A stretch of 64,000 nucleotides of DNA from positions 96,001 through 160,000 of the forward strand of contig CBFIGY010000003.1 of assembly GCA_965662235.1 (NCBI GenBank), read 5' to 3'. The position numbers and the translations under genes were made by a program. The notes under the pieces were generated by a model that saw only the letters and a program-made list of their open reading frames with translations, had not been told where the DNA came from and searched no databases. Source of the stretch: an uncultured bacterium (GTDB lineage: Bacteria; SAR324; NAC60-12). How positions within the stretch are numbered: position 1 is the first letter of the stretch; each line of letters opens with the position of its first letter. Below, piece after piece: positions 28,473 through 37,959 of the stretch.

Positions 28473-29033
28473 TCAGTCGAAGCGGATGCGGCCAACTTCT
28501 TCAAAGGAGGTGCCGGTGGGATTCAGCACCACAGCTTCCCCTGAGGCTACGCCTCGGCGGGTCAGGGCCGTAATGTTGACCTGATGGGTCACTAGGATCA
28601 GGTTGGCGTCCCCACCGTATGCGACCGTTCGCTTCCGGACTTCTTCCGTCTGGCGGTCTCGGGTGGAGTAATCGTCAAAGAAGGAATTGAGCGCCGGCCA
28701 GAGTTCGTAGCGCCCAAAGGCCAGCTCTGCTGTTTCGTAGCAGCGGCACCATTCACTGGAAAAGACGTCTCCCACCGGAACGGCTTCTTCTCGGAAACGA
28801 GCCCCCATTCGCCGGGACTGGTCCTTGCCATCTTCTGAAAGGTATCGCTGACTCTGGCAGTTGTCCAAGGAGTACCCAGCAGGGTCGCCGATGCCGGAAA
28901 TGGTTCGGGAGTGCCGGATCAGCACCACCTTCCCCCCGTCCCGGAGGGCGTCCCAGACGTGTTGTTCCGAGGCCAGACCAACCGAGGCGGTCCACAAAAA
29001 GATCAGCAGGCAGAAGAGGCGGGATAGCTTCAT
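28473..29033 (-). CDS. Exported histidine phosphatase family protein
   Basis: Signal peptide, LIRH, SSEWCRCYET and LVTHQVN. Confidence 0.85.
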   Translation of the reverse strand: MKLSRLFCLLIFLWTASVGLASEQHVWDALRDGGKVVLIRHSRTISGIGDPAGYSLDNCQSQRYLSEDGKDQSRRMGARFREEAVPVGDVFSSEWCRCYETAELAFGRYELWPALNSFFDDYSTRDRQTEEVRKRTVAYGGDANLILVTHQVNITALTRRGVASGEAVVLNPTGTSFEEVGRIRFD

Positions 29034-29036
29034 CAG

Positions 29037-31214
29037 TCAGTAAATACGACGGAGTTCTTCAAGGTGCTCGAGGAGCTTCCAACGGAGAATCGGGATCTCT
29101 TTGAGCATCTCCACATCGGGAAAGTGAAACACTCGGGCATCCGGAGCCACAAACACCTCCAGGTCACTTGAACGCTGCAGGATGGAGCTTTCACCCCAGA
29201 AGGCCCCCGGCAGCATCGGCTGCAGGACCTTGCCCTGACGCCGCAGCTCGGCTTCTCCCCGCTGCAGGACCTTCAATCCCGGCACATCCATGAGTGCCTT
29301 TCCGGTCACCAGCTGTGCCTGATTGGCCAGCTTCAGCTGAATCGGATACGAAATCCCTTCTCCCAGAATGGAGGTTTCCATCATGAAGTCAATGACGTTC
29401 TGGAACTTCTGGATCTGCGGATAGATGCGGTTGCGGTTGACGAACTCTCGGTAGAGGTCCGCGGGAATGGCTAGGGTTTCCAGGTGACTGAAGGCGCGGT
29501 AGGTTCCCTGGTTCCGTCCACGGAACAGCGCCCAGAGGTCTCCGATCAGGGAGCCGCTGGAGAGCCGACGCACCGAGTGATCGTGCGCCCGGATGTACTC
29601 TGCGTTCCCCGTCAGCAGGAGGTGCACAAAGGACGGGGTTTCATTGTTCTTGAGCATGATCTCTCCGGCACTGAAGCGCTGGCGCTCACAGTTCAGGAGC
29701 ATCTGCAGGTCATGCTGCGGGATCGTCGGATAGAAGATCTGCAGGTAGTTGTTGGCCTGCTCCAGGACGTAGTCCTGTGTCCCGGGGATGAGCACGTCAA
29801 TGCTGCCAAACGCGGCCTCTGAGCCGATCTCCTTCTGGTTCGGCTTCAGGCGTTCCGCGGTGTGCGCCAAGATGATCTTATCAGAAGGATCCTCCCGGAA
29901 GTCTTCTGCCACCCCATGAATGAGGCCTCCGCCAATGTCGATCTTCTTCAGGTCGGCATGGACGTGGTAGTGCTTGAGGGTCGTCTCAAAGAACTCATTG
30001 CTGATACCCGGCTGACTCTGATCCTCCGAGACCATCTTCTGCAGCACCTCCACAGACGCGATGTCCGCCAGGTGGGCATACGACACGTAGCCCTCGCTCC
30101 AGAGCGCCCGGAAGTGGAACACGTTTGTCTCCACCGGATGCGGCGAAAAGATCGGCATCACTTCCAGCCCCTGGATGTCGTTCCACTGGTCAAACTGCAG
30201 GTCGTGCACCTCGAAGAACTCCTCAAACTCTCCCTCGTTGAGCGTCATCAACGCCGAAAGCTTGCGGGTGACAGACTCCCGGACCAGCGGAGTCGCGTAG
30301 TACTTGATGCGGTGGTCGGCCCGGATCAGAGTCGTCAGGCCGGCAAAGTGGTCGTCGTGGGTGTGGGTGTGGAAGATGCCTTCGATCTCATTGGTGCTAA
30401 TGCCCATGGCATTGAGGCTGTGATCAATGTTCGGTCCGGCATCAATGAGGTAGATTTTGCCCTGAAAGCAGACAATGCTGCCCATGCACGGCCGGTTGAT
30501 GTCCCAGCCATCGCCTTCTCCGGTGTGAACAACGGAAAAGTACTGGCGCTCAAAGCGATGCGAGCCCAGTTCATAGGGGGTGGCGTAGTTTTCATGGGGC
30601 TCTAGGTTGAGGTCAATGACCTCGGAGGAGCCTCGGTAGCGGAACTCGTAGCGGTTCGTTTCCAAACGGAGCACCGTCACTCCGGAGCCAATCTCTGTCG
30701 GTTGGTCTCCCACAATATGAGCTTCCAGCAGCTCCTCACTGGGATGAATCACCCCAAAGGCAAACCAGAGCTTCATCCGGAGCATCGCCTCAGCTTCCTC
30801 CCGGCTCACACCGCCCTCCATGATCTCCTCCAAGGACGTCAGACCGTAGTTGCCCCGGTAGATGTAGTTCATCTGGGCCTTGACGACGTCTTCCTGACCA
30901 ATGAGGATGGGCTTGGAGCCATTGTTGTTCGGATGCCCCGGCAGCAGCATGCCCTGGCGGTAAAGCATCTGCAGCACTGGGAACTCGCCTAGGTTCGTGA
31001 AGTTGCCCTTTTGGATGGGAAGGTCGGAAAGCAGAATGGCGTTGGGACCGGTCTCACAGCTCACGCCCTTCACCGTGTGGCTCCGGATCAGCTTCTCCCG
31101 CATTAGGTGCTTCACGCAGTCGGCCGGGCAGCCACACAGAATCCGCAGATCCGCCTCGGGCACCTCCAGCCAGACGATGCCGGGGGCCACGTAGTTCTTA
31201 ATGATTTTCCCCAT
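29037..31214 (-). CDS. Metallo-beta-lactamase-fold hydrolase with C-terminal cyclic-nucleotide-binding domains
   Basis: LIDAG, HTHTHDDHFAG and HPVET; cNMP-like FSAGEIM...LLLTG...GSLIGD plus a second degenerate copy (GAFWGE). Confidence 0.8.
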   Translation of the reverse strand: MGKIIKNYVAPGIVWLEVPEADLRILCGCPADCVKHLMREKLIRSHTVKGVSCETGPNAILLSDLPIQKGNFTNLGEFPVLQMLYRQGMLLPGHPNNNGSKPILIGQEDVVKAQMNYIYRGNYGLTSLEEIMEGGVSREEAEAMLRMKLWFAFGVIHPSEELLEAHIVGDQPTEIGSGVTVLRLETNRYEFRYRGSSEVIDLNLEPHENYATPYELGSHRFERQYFSVVHTGEGDGWDINRPCMGSIVCFQGKIYLIDAGPNIDHSLNAMGISTNEIEGIFHTHTHDDHFAGLTTLIRADHRIKYYATPLVRESVTRKLSALMTLNEGEFEEFFEVHDLQFDQWNDIQGLEVMPIFSPHPVETNVFHFRALWSEGYVSYAHLADIASVEVLQKMVSEDQSQPGISNEFFETTLKHYHVHADLKKIDIGGGLIHGVAEDFREDPSDKIILAHTAERLKPNQKEIGSEAAFGSIDVLIPGTQDYVLEQANNYLQIFYPTIPQHDLQMLLNCERQRFSAGEIMLKNNETPSFVHLLLTGNAEYIRAHDHSVRRLSSGSLIGDLWALFRGRNQGTYRAFSHLETLAIPADLYREFVNRNRIYPQIQKFQNVIDFMMETSILGEGISYPIQLKLANQAQLVTGKALMDVPGLKVLQRGEAELRRQGKVLQPMLPGAFWGESSILQRSSDLEVFVAPDARVFHFPDVEMLKEIPILRWKLLEHLEELRRIY

Positions 31215-31254
31215 TCGTTTCCACTCTCATCAAAATCAGTTGGTCCGGAGACTT

Positions 31255-32136
31255 TCAGGAAATGCCAGAAATGTTCCCGTCCTGAGTCTTTAAGGCATGA
31301 TAAAGCTCCGGACGCCGATCCCGGAACAGCCCCCAGGCGTGTCGCATCTGCCGAATGGCCTCGAGGTCAAAGCTTTCCACCAGCAGGGTCGGTTCCGTCC
31401 GGTTGGCCTGCTGGCACACCTCCCCCTGCGGCCCGGCAATAAAGGAGGACCCGTAAAACGTTAAGGTGCAGGAAGCCCCAACCTCTTCCCCAATCCGGTT
31501 TGACGCAATCACCGGAACCAGATTAGCCGCGGCATGCCCCTGCATGACCCGTTGCCAGTGTGCCGCCGAATCCCACTCTGGAGCCTGAGGCTCTGAGCCA
31601 ATGGCCGTCGGGTAGAAAAGCAACTCCGCCCCCTGCAGCACCATTGCCCGGGCCGCCTCCGGAAACCACTGGTCCCAGCAGATGCCCACTCCAATGGTTG
31701 CGTACCGGGTGGACCACACGCGGAACCCCGTATCTCCAGGGGTGAAGTAGAACTTTTCCTGATAGCCTGGGCCATCTGGGATGTGAGACTTCCGGTAAAG
31801 CCCCAGGTCCTTTCCGTCTGCGTCAAACACCACCACCGAGTTGAAGAAGGCCATTCCGGCCCGTTCAAAGAAGCTGATGGGCAGCACCACCTTCAGCTCT
31901 GCCGCCAGCGCGGAAAAGTGCTGAAGCAGCTCGCTCTCCTCACGCGTTTGCGCCCACTGAAAGTAGTCTGGGTCCTGGTCCTTGCAGAAGTAAGGTCCTT
32001 CAAACAGCTCCTGAAGCAGGATGATCTGCGCCCCTGCTTGTGCCGCCTGACGGACCAGCGCCTCCGCCTGCTCCCAGTTCTCCCGGAAGCGGGGTCCACA
32101 GGCAAACTGGGTCGCAGCAACCGTGATTTCATTCAT
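31255..32136 (-). CDS. aguB: N-carbamoylputrescine amidase
   Basis: Nitrilase triad (LQELF, YRKSHIPDGPGYQEKFYF, GICWDQWFPE); YPTAIGSEP and MQGHAAAN. Confidence 0.93.
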   Translation of the reverse strand: MNEITVAATQFACGPRFRENWEQAEALVRQAAQAGAQIILLQELFEGPYFCKDQDPDYFQWAQTREESELLQHFSALAAELKVVLPISFFERAGMAFFNSVVVFDADGKDLGLYRKSHIPDGPGYQEKFYFTPGDTGFRVWSTRYATIGVGICWDQWFPEAARAMVLQGAELLFYPTAIGSEPQAPEWDSAAHWQRVMQGHAAANLVPVIASNRIGEEVGASCTLTFYGSSFIAGPQGEVCQQANRTEPTLLVESFDLEAIRQMRHAWGLFRDRRPELYHALKTQDGNISGIS

Positions 32137-32339
32137 GGATTCACTCGTCAGAAAAGTCAGGGCGTGGGCGTTCGGTCTTTCGGAAGAATAGAGCCTTCCC
32201 ACGAACTTGCAACCCGGGAGCAGGCCTTACAGAACGCAACATCTTCCAGATTGACTTCCCACCGGCTTCCATTGACCCTATTGTCAGACTCCGCCCCTCT
32301 TGCAAGCACAGACTCTTTTTCACACACAGGTTTTTTCCC

Positions 32340-32795
32340 ATGATTGTCCTCAAGCGCCTTCTTCCAACCCTCTTCGTTAGCCTCCTCCTCCTCAGCACCG
32401 TGGCTCCGGCCTCTGCTCAGGAGTACACTGAAGGTGACCTCCGCCGCGTGTTTCAGACCTACAGCAGCAACGAGATCCGCTTCAAGCGAGACATCAAAAC
32501 CAAGCGCATTGTCGTCAACGGCACCTTTGAAACCGTCAAGGAAGGCGCCATGGGCTGGGTGGTTTCTGTTTCACACCGGGGCTTCTTTGTCATGTGCTCC
32601 ATGAGCGAAGAGAAGGCCCTCAAGCTTGCCGAGCTTGATCCGGGAGACCGCCTCAAGATCAGCGGAAGCATTTTGTCCGTCGACCCTCCGAAACTGACGG
32701 TTCAGCTTTACGGAGAAGGGTGTGATTTGATCGAAATGGAGAAGCTCATCTACCGTCCTGACTACCAAGGAGAGCGGCTCATTCAGGTCAAGTAA
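32340..32795 (+). CDS. Secreted OB-fold protein (tRNA_anti-like)
   Basis: Signal peptide ASA-Q; Y..NE...K..K.I.V.G and L.PGD.L.I.G pattern. Confidence 0.6.
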   Translation: MIVLKRLLPTLFVSLLLLSTVAPASAQEYTEGDLRRVFQTYSSNEIRFKRDIKTKRIVVNGTFETVKEGAMGWVVSVSHRGFFVMCSMSEEKALKLAELDPGDRLKISGSILSVDPPKLTVQLYGEGCDLIEMEKLIYRPDYQGERLIQVK

Positions 32796-33313
32796 TGGCA
32801 GAAAAAGAATTTCGACCCCTGAACATTGCCGTCCTGACAGTCTCAGATACTCGGACTGAAGAGACGGACACCTCCGGGAAGTTGCTGGTGGAACGCCTGC
32901 TTGCCGCAGGACACCAGCTCGCTGAAAAACGCATCATTCCGGACGACGTGTACCAGATCCGAGCCGTGGTGTCGCAGTGGATTGCCGACCCGGCAGTGGG
33001 CATCATCCTGACCACAGGGGGCACCGGCCTCACCGGACGAGACGGAACGCCGGAGGCGCTCAAGCCACTGTTTGACAAGGAAATCGAAGGCTTTGGCGAG
33101 CTGTTCCGCTGGCTTTCCTTTGAGGAAATCCGGACCTCAACGGTTCAGTCTCGAGCGGTTGCCGGAGTGGCCAACGGAACCTACCTGTTTGCCCTCCCCG
33201 GATCCTCCGGCGCCTGCCGCCTTGGCTGGGACCGGATTCTCCAAGACCAGCTCGACCTCCGCCACCGTCCCTGCAACTTCGCCGAACTCATTCCTCGTCT
33301 CCTCGAAACCTAG
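32795..33313 (+). CDS. moaB: Molybdenum cofactor biosynthesis protein B
   Basis: IAVLTVSDTR..DTSG, TTGGTG..RDGTPEA, LPGS and RPCNF. Confidence 0.95.
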   Translation: MAEKEFRPLNIAVLTVSDTRTEETDTSGKLLVERLLAAGHQLAEKRIIPDDVYQIRAVVSQWIADPAVGIILTTGGTGLTGRDGTPEALKPLFDKEIEGFGELFRWLSFEEIRTSTVQSRAVAGVANGTYLFALPGSSGACRLGWDRILQDQLDLRHRPCNFAELIPRLLET

Positions 33314-34568
33314 GCCCTCCGACTGCCTGCAGCAACGGCACCTCTCCGGCGTCTTGCAACCGACGCTGCAGAAGCGGCTTCAGTGCCTCAAGGGTTGGGA
33401 TCTCCCGAAAGAAGAACCCAGAGTGCGCAAAGTACGTCGATGCTTCCACTGCGGCTTCCACCGCCTCTTCCTTAAGCAAACGCCGCATCACCCCCAGTAG
33501 CAGCGGAGGCTGAGTTCCAGACGACAGCTGTGCCAGCCGCGCCTTGAGCGGTCCAGCATGCCAGGGGTGAAACAGCTCCAGAAAAACCGTCACACCACTG
33601 GTGTGGGTCAGCTCGTAGTCGGGAAAGCAGTGCACCTCCCCCCCTAGGATCAGGAAGTCACTCGCCGGCGCCAGGGACCACTCCGGGAGTTTTTGTGCCA
33701 GCAACTGCTGCAACCGCGTCAGCTCCTCCGGAACATAGGCCAAGAAGCGACGGCTCACCGGCTGCAATCCACAAGACGCATCCAACTTCAGGACCTCCGG
33801 ACGATTCTTGCGCACCTGCACCAGTGCTTCGCATGACCAGTTGGACTGGTGCAACACTGCCGGGAAAAAACTGGCGAGGTTCAGGCCATACTTCTGCGAT
33901 TGCGCATAAAGGCTCATCGGTCCTTCGACCTCCAGCCGAAAGCCCCCTCGCTCATCACGGTGCCAGCGGGCGAGCAGTTGATGAAAGCGAAGGTACTTCA
34001 GCACCTGCCGCAGCTCCGCAGGGCGTGGCTCCGGAAGCGTCACCTCCAGCCGATCGCAGTAAAGCAACAGCGACTGCACCAGCGAAAGGTTGTACCGGCG
34101 CAGCAGCCCTTCTGCAGAGAGGCTCCGGAAGGACTCCAGCGGATGATAAGGCGGCAGATCCCCGTAAAGGCGGCTCATCAGCGACTCCGGAGGCTCGTCC
34201 AATTCGTTCTGAAGCTGCTCCCGAAAGGCCTCTGCGGTCTCCGGAAGCCCCTGCTGCAGGTACTGGGCGCTGACGGCAAAAACCCGCGCTCGGAGTGCCG
34301 GAAGATCCTCTGCTCCTCCGGACACAAACTCAGAGCGATCCTGCAGCAGCTTATCGAACCCCTTGGCCAGCTGCGCGTCTCCCGAAAAGGCCTCTAGCAC
34401 CTGCTGCACCTGCTCCTGAAGACGCTCTCGTGTGGCGCCGATTCCTGAGTCGTAACAGGCGATCAAGGCCTGCGCCAGTTCCAGCAGGTCTGGGTCCTCC
34501 ACAGAAATGAAGCGGGGTCGGATTTGCCCCTTAACAGAGCGAAACCGCAGCAGGTCCTTCGTCAGCAT
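33288..34568 (-). CDS. DUF790 family (Bax1-like) putative endonuclease
   Basis: MLTKDLLR...PRF, LYGDL, RYNLSLVQSLL, EGPMSL....KYG.LA.F.P and FPDY...LELF. Confidence 0.85.
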   Translation of the reverse strand: MLTKDLLRFRSVKGQIRPRFISVEDPDLLELAQALIACYDSGIGATRERLQEQVQQVLEAFSGDAQLAKGFDKLLQDRSEFVSGGAEDLPALRARVFAVSAQYLQQGLPETAEAFREQLQNELDEPPESLMSRLYGDLPPYHPLESFRSLSAEGLLRRYNLSLVQSLLLYCDRLEVTLPEPRPAELRQVLKYLRFHQLLARWHRDERGGFRLEVEGPMSLYAQSQKYGLNLASFFPAVLHQSNWSCEALVQVRKNRPEVLKLDASCGLQPVSRRFLAYVPEELTRLQQLLAQKLPEWSLAPASDFLILGGEVHCFPDYELTHTSGVTVFLELFHPWHAGPLKARLAQLSSGTQPPLLLGVMRRLLKEEAVEAAVEASTYFAHSGFFFREIPTLEALKPLLQRRLQDAGEVPLLQAVGGPRFRGDEE

Positions 34569-34583
34569 CGCTTCCTCCTTGGG

Positions 34584-35294
34584 CTAATCCCAGAATTGGA
34601 CGCACTGCTCCACCGGTTCTCGCTCGGTAACCAGTTGGTTCTCCACCTTCTCCCGGTCTTCGTAGCCTAGGGACATTCCACAGACCACCATCTCCTCGTC
34701 CGGAAGCTCCAGCACCTCTTCGATGATCCGGTGGTACTGAGTAAATGCGGCTTGCGGACAGGTGTCTAGGCCTCGCCCACGAGCGGCGACCATGATGTTC
34801 TGCAAAAACATCCCGTAGTCCAGCCAGCTGCCCTGCCGCATGACCCGCTCAATGGTAAAAATCAGCCCAACGGGAGCATCAAAGAACTGATAGTTCCGGG
34901 CATGCTGTGCGCGCATGCGTTCCTTGTCCCCCTTGCCAATGCCCAGCAGCTCGTAAAGGTCGTACCCCACCTTCCGGCGCCGGCTCAGGTAAGGGTCTCG
35001 CCACTCCTGCGGGTAGTAGTCGTACTCCTCGGTGTGCTGTGCGTTTGCCTCCGGGTCCCAGTACGCCTTGAGGATCTCCTCGGAAAGCCGCTGCTTGGTG
35101 GCACCGGTCAGCACATGCACCCGCCACGGCTGCGTGTTCGTCCCAGAAGGCGCCCGCAGCGAAACCTCCAGCAGGTCCCGAATCACGTCCTGAGGAACCG
35201 GATCAGGCCGGAAAGCCCGGACCGATCGGCGACTCCGGATGGCCTCATCGACCACCTGAGCGATCTCTTTTTGATTTTTAATAGCGTCATTCAT
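34584..35294 (-). CDS. Nitroreductase family protein
   Basis: RRSVRAF, APSGTNTQPW, FFDAP and DYGMFLQNIM...GLDTCPQ. Confidence 0.93.
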   Translation of the reverse strand: MNDAIKNQKEIAQVVDEAIRSRRSVRAFRPDPVPQDVIRDLLEVSLRAPSGTNTQPWRVHVLTGATKQRLSEEILKAYWDPEANAQHTEEYDYYPQEWRDPYLSRRRKVGYDLYELLGIGKGDKERMRAQHARNYQFFDAPVGLIFTIERVMRQGSWLDYGMFLQNIMVAARGRGLDTCPQAAFTQYHRIIEEVLELPDEEMVVCGMSLGYEDREKVENQLVTEREPVEQCVQFWD

Positions 35295-35422
35295 TTTTGG
35301 CGGTTTGTTTGGGGAAGGAAGGATCCAAGCCTCGTCTGAGCAGGGCCTTTGTCACCAGAGCGTTGGGAGGTGCGTGAACCAAGGCGCCCAACCCGGAAGC
35401 GGGTCAGGCGAAGGAAGAGGCG

Positions 35423-36433
35423 TCAGACGGGCTTGAGGTCGACCAGCCGGTGCGTGATGGCAAAGCGAACCAGCATCGGCATGTCGTGAATCTGGAGCTT
35501 CACCATCATGTTCTGCCGGTGGGCCTCAACGGTCCGGGGGCTGATGCTGAGGTCGAAGGCGATTTCCTTGGTGCTGAATCCGTTGACCATCAGCTGCAGG
35601 ATTTCCAACTCCCGGGGAGTCAACAGTTGCGTGAGGGCGGTTCGGGCTTCGCTCAGCTCCAGTTCGGTTTGCTTGCGAGGCGAGATGTTCCGGAGCACCA
35701 GCACCGCGCCGATGATTTCTTCCCGGTCATTGTGAAGCGGAGCCGCGCCTGCATCCAGCGCCACATAATTGCCGTTCCGGGTGATCAAAACCGGTTCCTC
35801 CTCCACCAGACACTGCACCGAACGCCCCTGCAGGGCCTCGTCCACCAGGTCCAGCAGGCAGCCTTCGTCGTTGCCTTCTTGGAGGGGGAAGACCTCCGGA
35901 AGCGTCTTGCCCTGTCCTTCGGCTTCCGTCCAGCCCGAAAGCTTCTCCGCCTGCGGGCTCAGAGACGTAATCAGGCCCTGCAGGTCCACGGTTGCCACGG
36001 AGTCTCCGATGCTCTTCAGCAGCGTGTCGAGCCAGCGTTCGTTCTCACGGAGGCGCTGCTCCATCCGGTGCTTGTAGAGGCTGATTTCCAAGGCCGAGTG
36101 CAGCTCACGTTCCTTGTAGGGCTTCACCAGGTAGGCAAAGGGCTCCGTGATCTTGGCGCGCTCTAGGGTTTTGGGGTCGGAGTAGGCGGTGAGGTAAACG
36201 ACCGGAAGCCGGTACTGCTCCATGATCTGCTGAGCAGTGGCAATGCCATCCAGCTCGCCTGCCAGCATGATGTCCATCATCACCAGATCCGGAAGCTCCT
36301 GAGCCACCAGTTCCAAAGCCCGCTCGCCGGTCGAAGCCATGCCGCAGATGGAGTAGCCCAGGTTCTCGAGCTGGTCGTGGAGACTTTCGGCCACAATGGC
36401 TTCGTCTTCAACAATGAGGATTCGTTCATTCAT
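35423..36433 (-). CDS. Response regulator (REC-PAS-LuxR HTH)
   Basis: ILIVEDE, MDIML and YLVKP; PAS domain; LTPRELEIL..STKEIA..ISPRTVEAHR. Confidence 0.93.
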   Translation of the reverse strand: MNERILIVEDEAIVAESLHDQLENLGYSICGMASTGERALELVAQELPDLVMMDIMLAGELDGIATAQQIMEQYRLPVVYLTAYSDPKTLERAKITEPFAYLVKPYKERELHSALEISLYKHRMEQRLRENERWLDTLLKSIGDSVATVDLQGLITSLSPQAEKLSGWTEAEGQGKTLPEVFPLQEGNDEGCLLDLVDEALQGRSVQCLVEEEPVLITRNGNYVALDAGAAPLHNDREEIIGAVLVLRNISPRKQTELELSEARTALTQLLTPRELEILQLMVNGFSTKEIAFDLSISPRTVEAHRQNMMVKLQIHDMPMLVRFAITHRLVDLKPV

Positions 36434-37893
36434 GCTGATTTTACAGGTGATGTTTTTCCAGGGATCAAGAATTCATAGCAGGTGCCCGCGTCTGATGTCA
36501 CCACCAGCTCGCCTTGGAGTTGCCCGTTGAGGACGCGGACCAGACGGAGCCCCAGGCTCTTCGTTGTCTGCCACGTCACTCCTTCCGGAAGCCCGCAGCC
36601 GTCGTCCCAGATCCGCAGCACCAGCATCGACCGGTCCCCTTGCCACTCTCGCTTGAGCGCAATGCCAATGAGGCCGGCGGTACGGTTTTCAGGGAAGGCG
36701 TGCTTCAACGCGTTGCTGACCAACTCGTTGAGGATTAAGGCGCAAGGAATGGCGGTATCAATATCCAGCCCCACGGACTCCAAGTCAAACTGAGTTTGCA
36801 CCCGGACGCTTCCGGTGAGGTAGGACTGCATGATGTCCACCGTGAGTTCCCGGATGTACTGATCGAACGGAACCTGCACCAGTCCCTCGGACTGATAGAT
36901 CTTTTCATGAATGAGGGCCATGGACTGGATGCGGTGCTGGCTATCCTTCAGCACTGCCAGCAGGTGCTCATCTGACGTGTCGCGGGACTGAAGGGTGAAG
37001 AGGCTGGAGATGACCTGCAGGTTGTTCTTCACCCGGTGGTGGATTTCCCGGAGCAGCACATCCTTCTCCGTCAGCGACTCCCGGAGCTGCCGCTCCATCT
37101 GCTTACGCTCCGTGATGTCCCGCAAGATGGCGGTGTAGATCTTTTCGCCGTTGACCTCCAGTTGCGAGATGTTGGCTTCAGCATCAAACTCGCTGCCGTC
37201 CTTGCGACGTCCGTAAATCTCCGAGCGGTCGGCCATGCAGCGGGAGTGCTGATCGGACCGGCCAAAGTCATCAATGTACTGGTGGTGGTTGCCCCAGTAG
37301 CGCTGCGGAAGGAGCACCGTCAGTGGCTGCCCAATCACCTCAGAGGCCGTGTAGCCAAAGATCTGCTCCGCACCATGGTTGTAGAGGATGATGTTCTGCT
37401 CAGAATCAATGGAGATGACCGCGTCTTCCGCGGTGTCCAAAATGCCCGAAAGCCGTCGCTGTGAGGTCCGCAGCTCCTCGGTTTGCTGCTCCACCATTTT
37501 CTCTAGGTTGGCCCGGTAGCTCCACAGCTCTGCCTCCGCTTGCCGCAGTTCAGTGATGTCGAGGGCGGTCACCACCAACCGCTCCGGGGCCTCTGTTCCT
37601 GAAAACTTGGACAGGGTGAAGGACACCCGCCGCAGCTGTCCGGACTTGATGCGCCACACGTGCTCATGGGTGGTCCGGTAGGGAGGCACCTGCACCTCCT
37701 CGATGAACTGAGAGACCAGCTCCTGCTCAGAGGGGTGAAAGAAGAGGTCCCAGATGGACTGCCCACAGAGTTCCTCATTGCGAAACCCGGTGGCCTCGCG
37801 GCACGCACGGTTCGCGGCCAGAACCTCCCCCTTGAGGGTGGTCACCATGAGGATCGCGTCAACCGCGTCATAAACTTCAGCAGGATACTTCAT
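36430..37893 (-). CDS. Soluble PAS-PAS sensor histidine kinase (HisKA_2 type)
   Basis: EIHHRVKNNLQ, NELVSNALKHAF, DDGCG and SLGLRLV; no TM helix. Confidence 0.93.
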   Translation of the reverse strand: MKYPAEVYDAVDAILMVTTLKGEVLAANRACREATGFRNEELCGQSIWDLFFHPSEQELVSQFIEEVQVPPYRTTHEHVWRIKSGQLRRVSFTLSKFSGTEAPERLVVTALDITELRQAEAELWSYRANLEKMVEQQTEELRTSQRRLSGILDTAEDAVISIDSEQNIILYNHGAEQIFGYTASEVIGQPLTVLLPQRYWGNHHQYIDDFGRSDQHSRCMADRSEIYGRRKDGSEFDAEANISQLEVNGEKIYTAILRDITERKQMERQLRESLTEKDVLLREIHHRVKNNLQVISSLFTLQSRDTSDEHLLAVLKDSQHRIQSMALIHEKIYQSEGLVQVPFDQYIRELTVDIMQSYLTGSVRVQTQFDLESVGLDIDTAIPCALILNELVSNALKHAFPENRTAGLIGIALKREWQGDRSMLVLRIWDDGCGLPEGVTWQTTKSLGLRLVRVLNGQLQGELVVTSDAGTCYEFLIPGKTSPVKSA

Positions 37894-37959
37894 TTCTCTT
37901 CGTTGGAGGCATCACCCGGAACCTCACCGGCCCGGTTCATGAGGATCGTCTGCGCGGCC

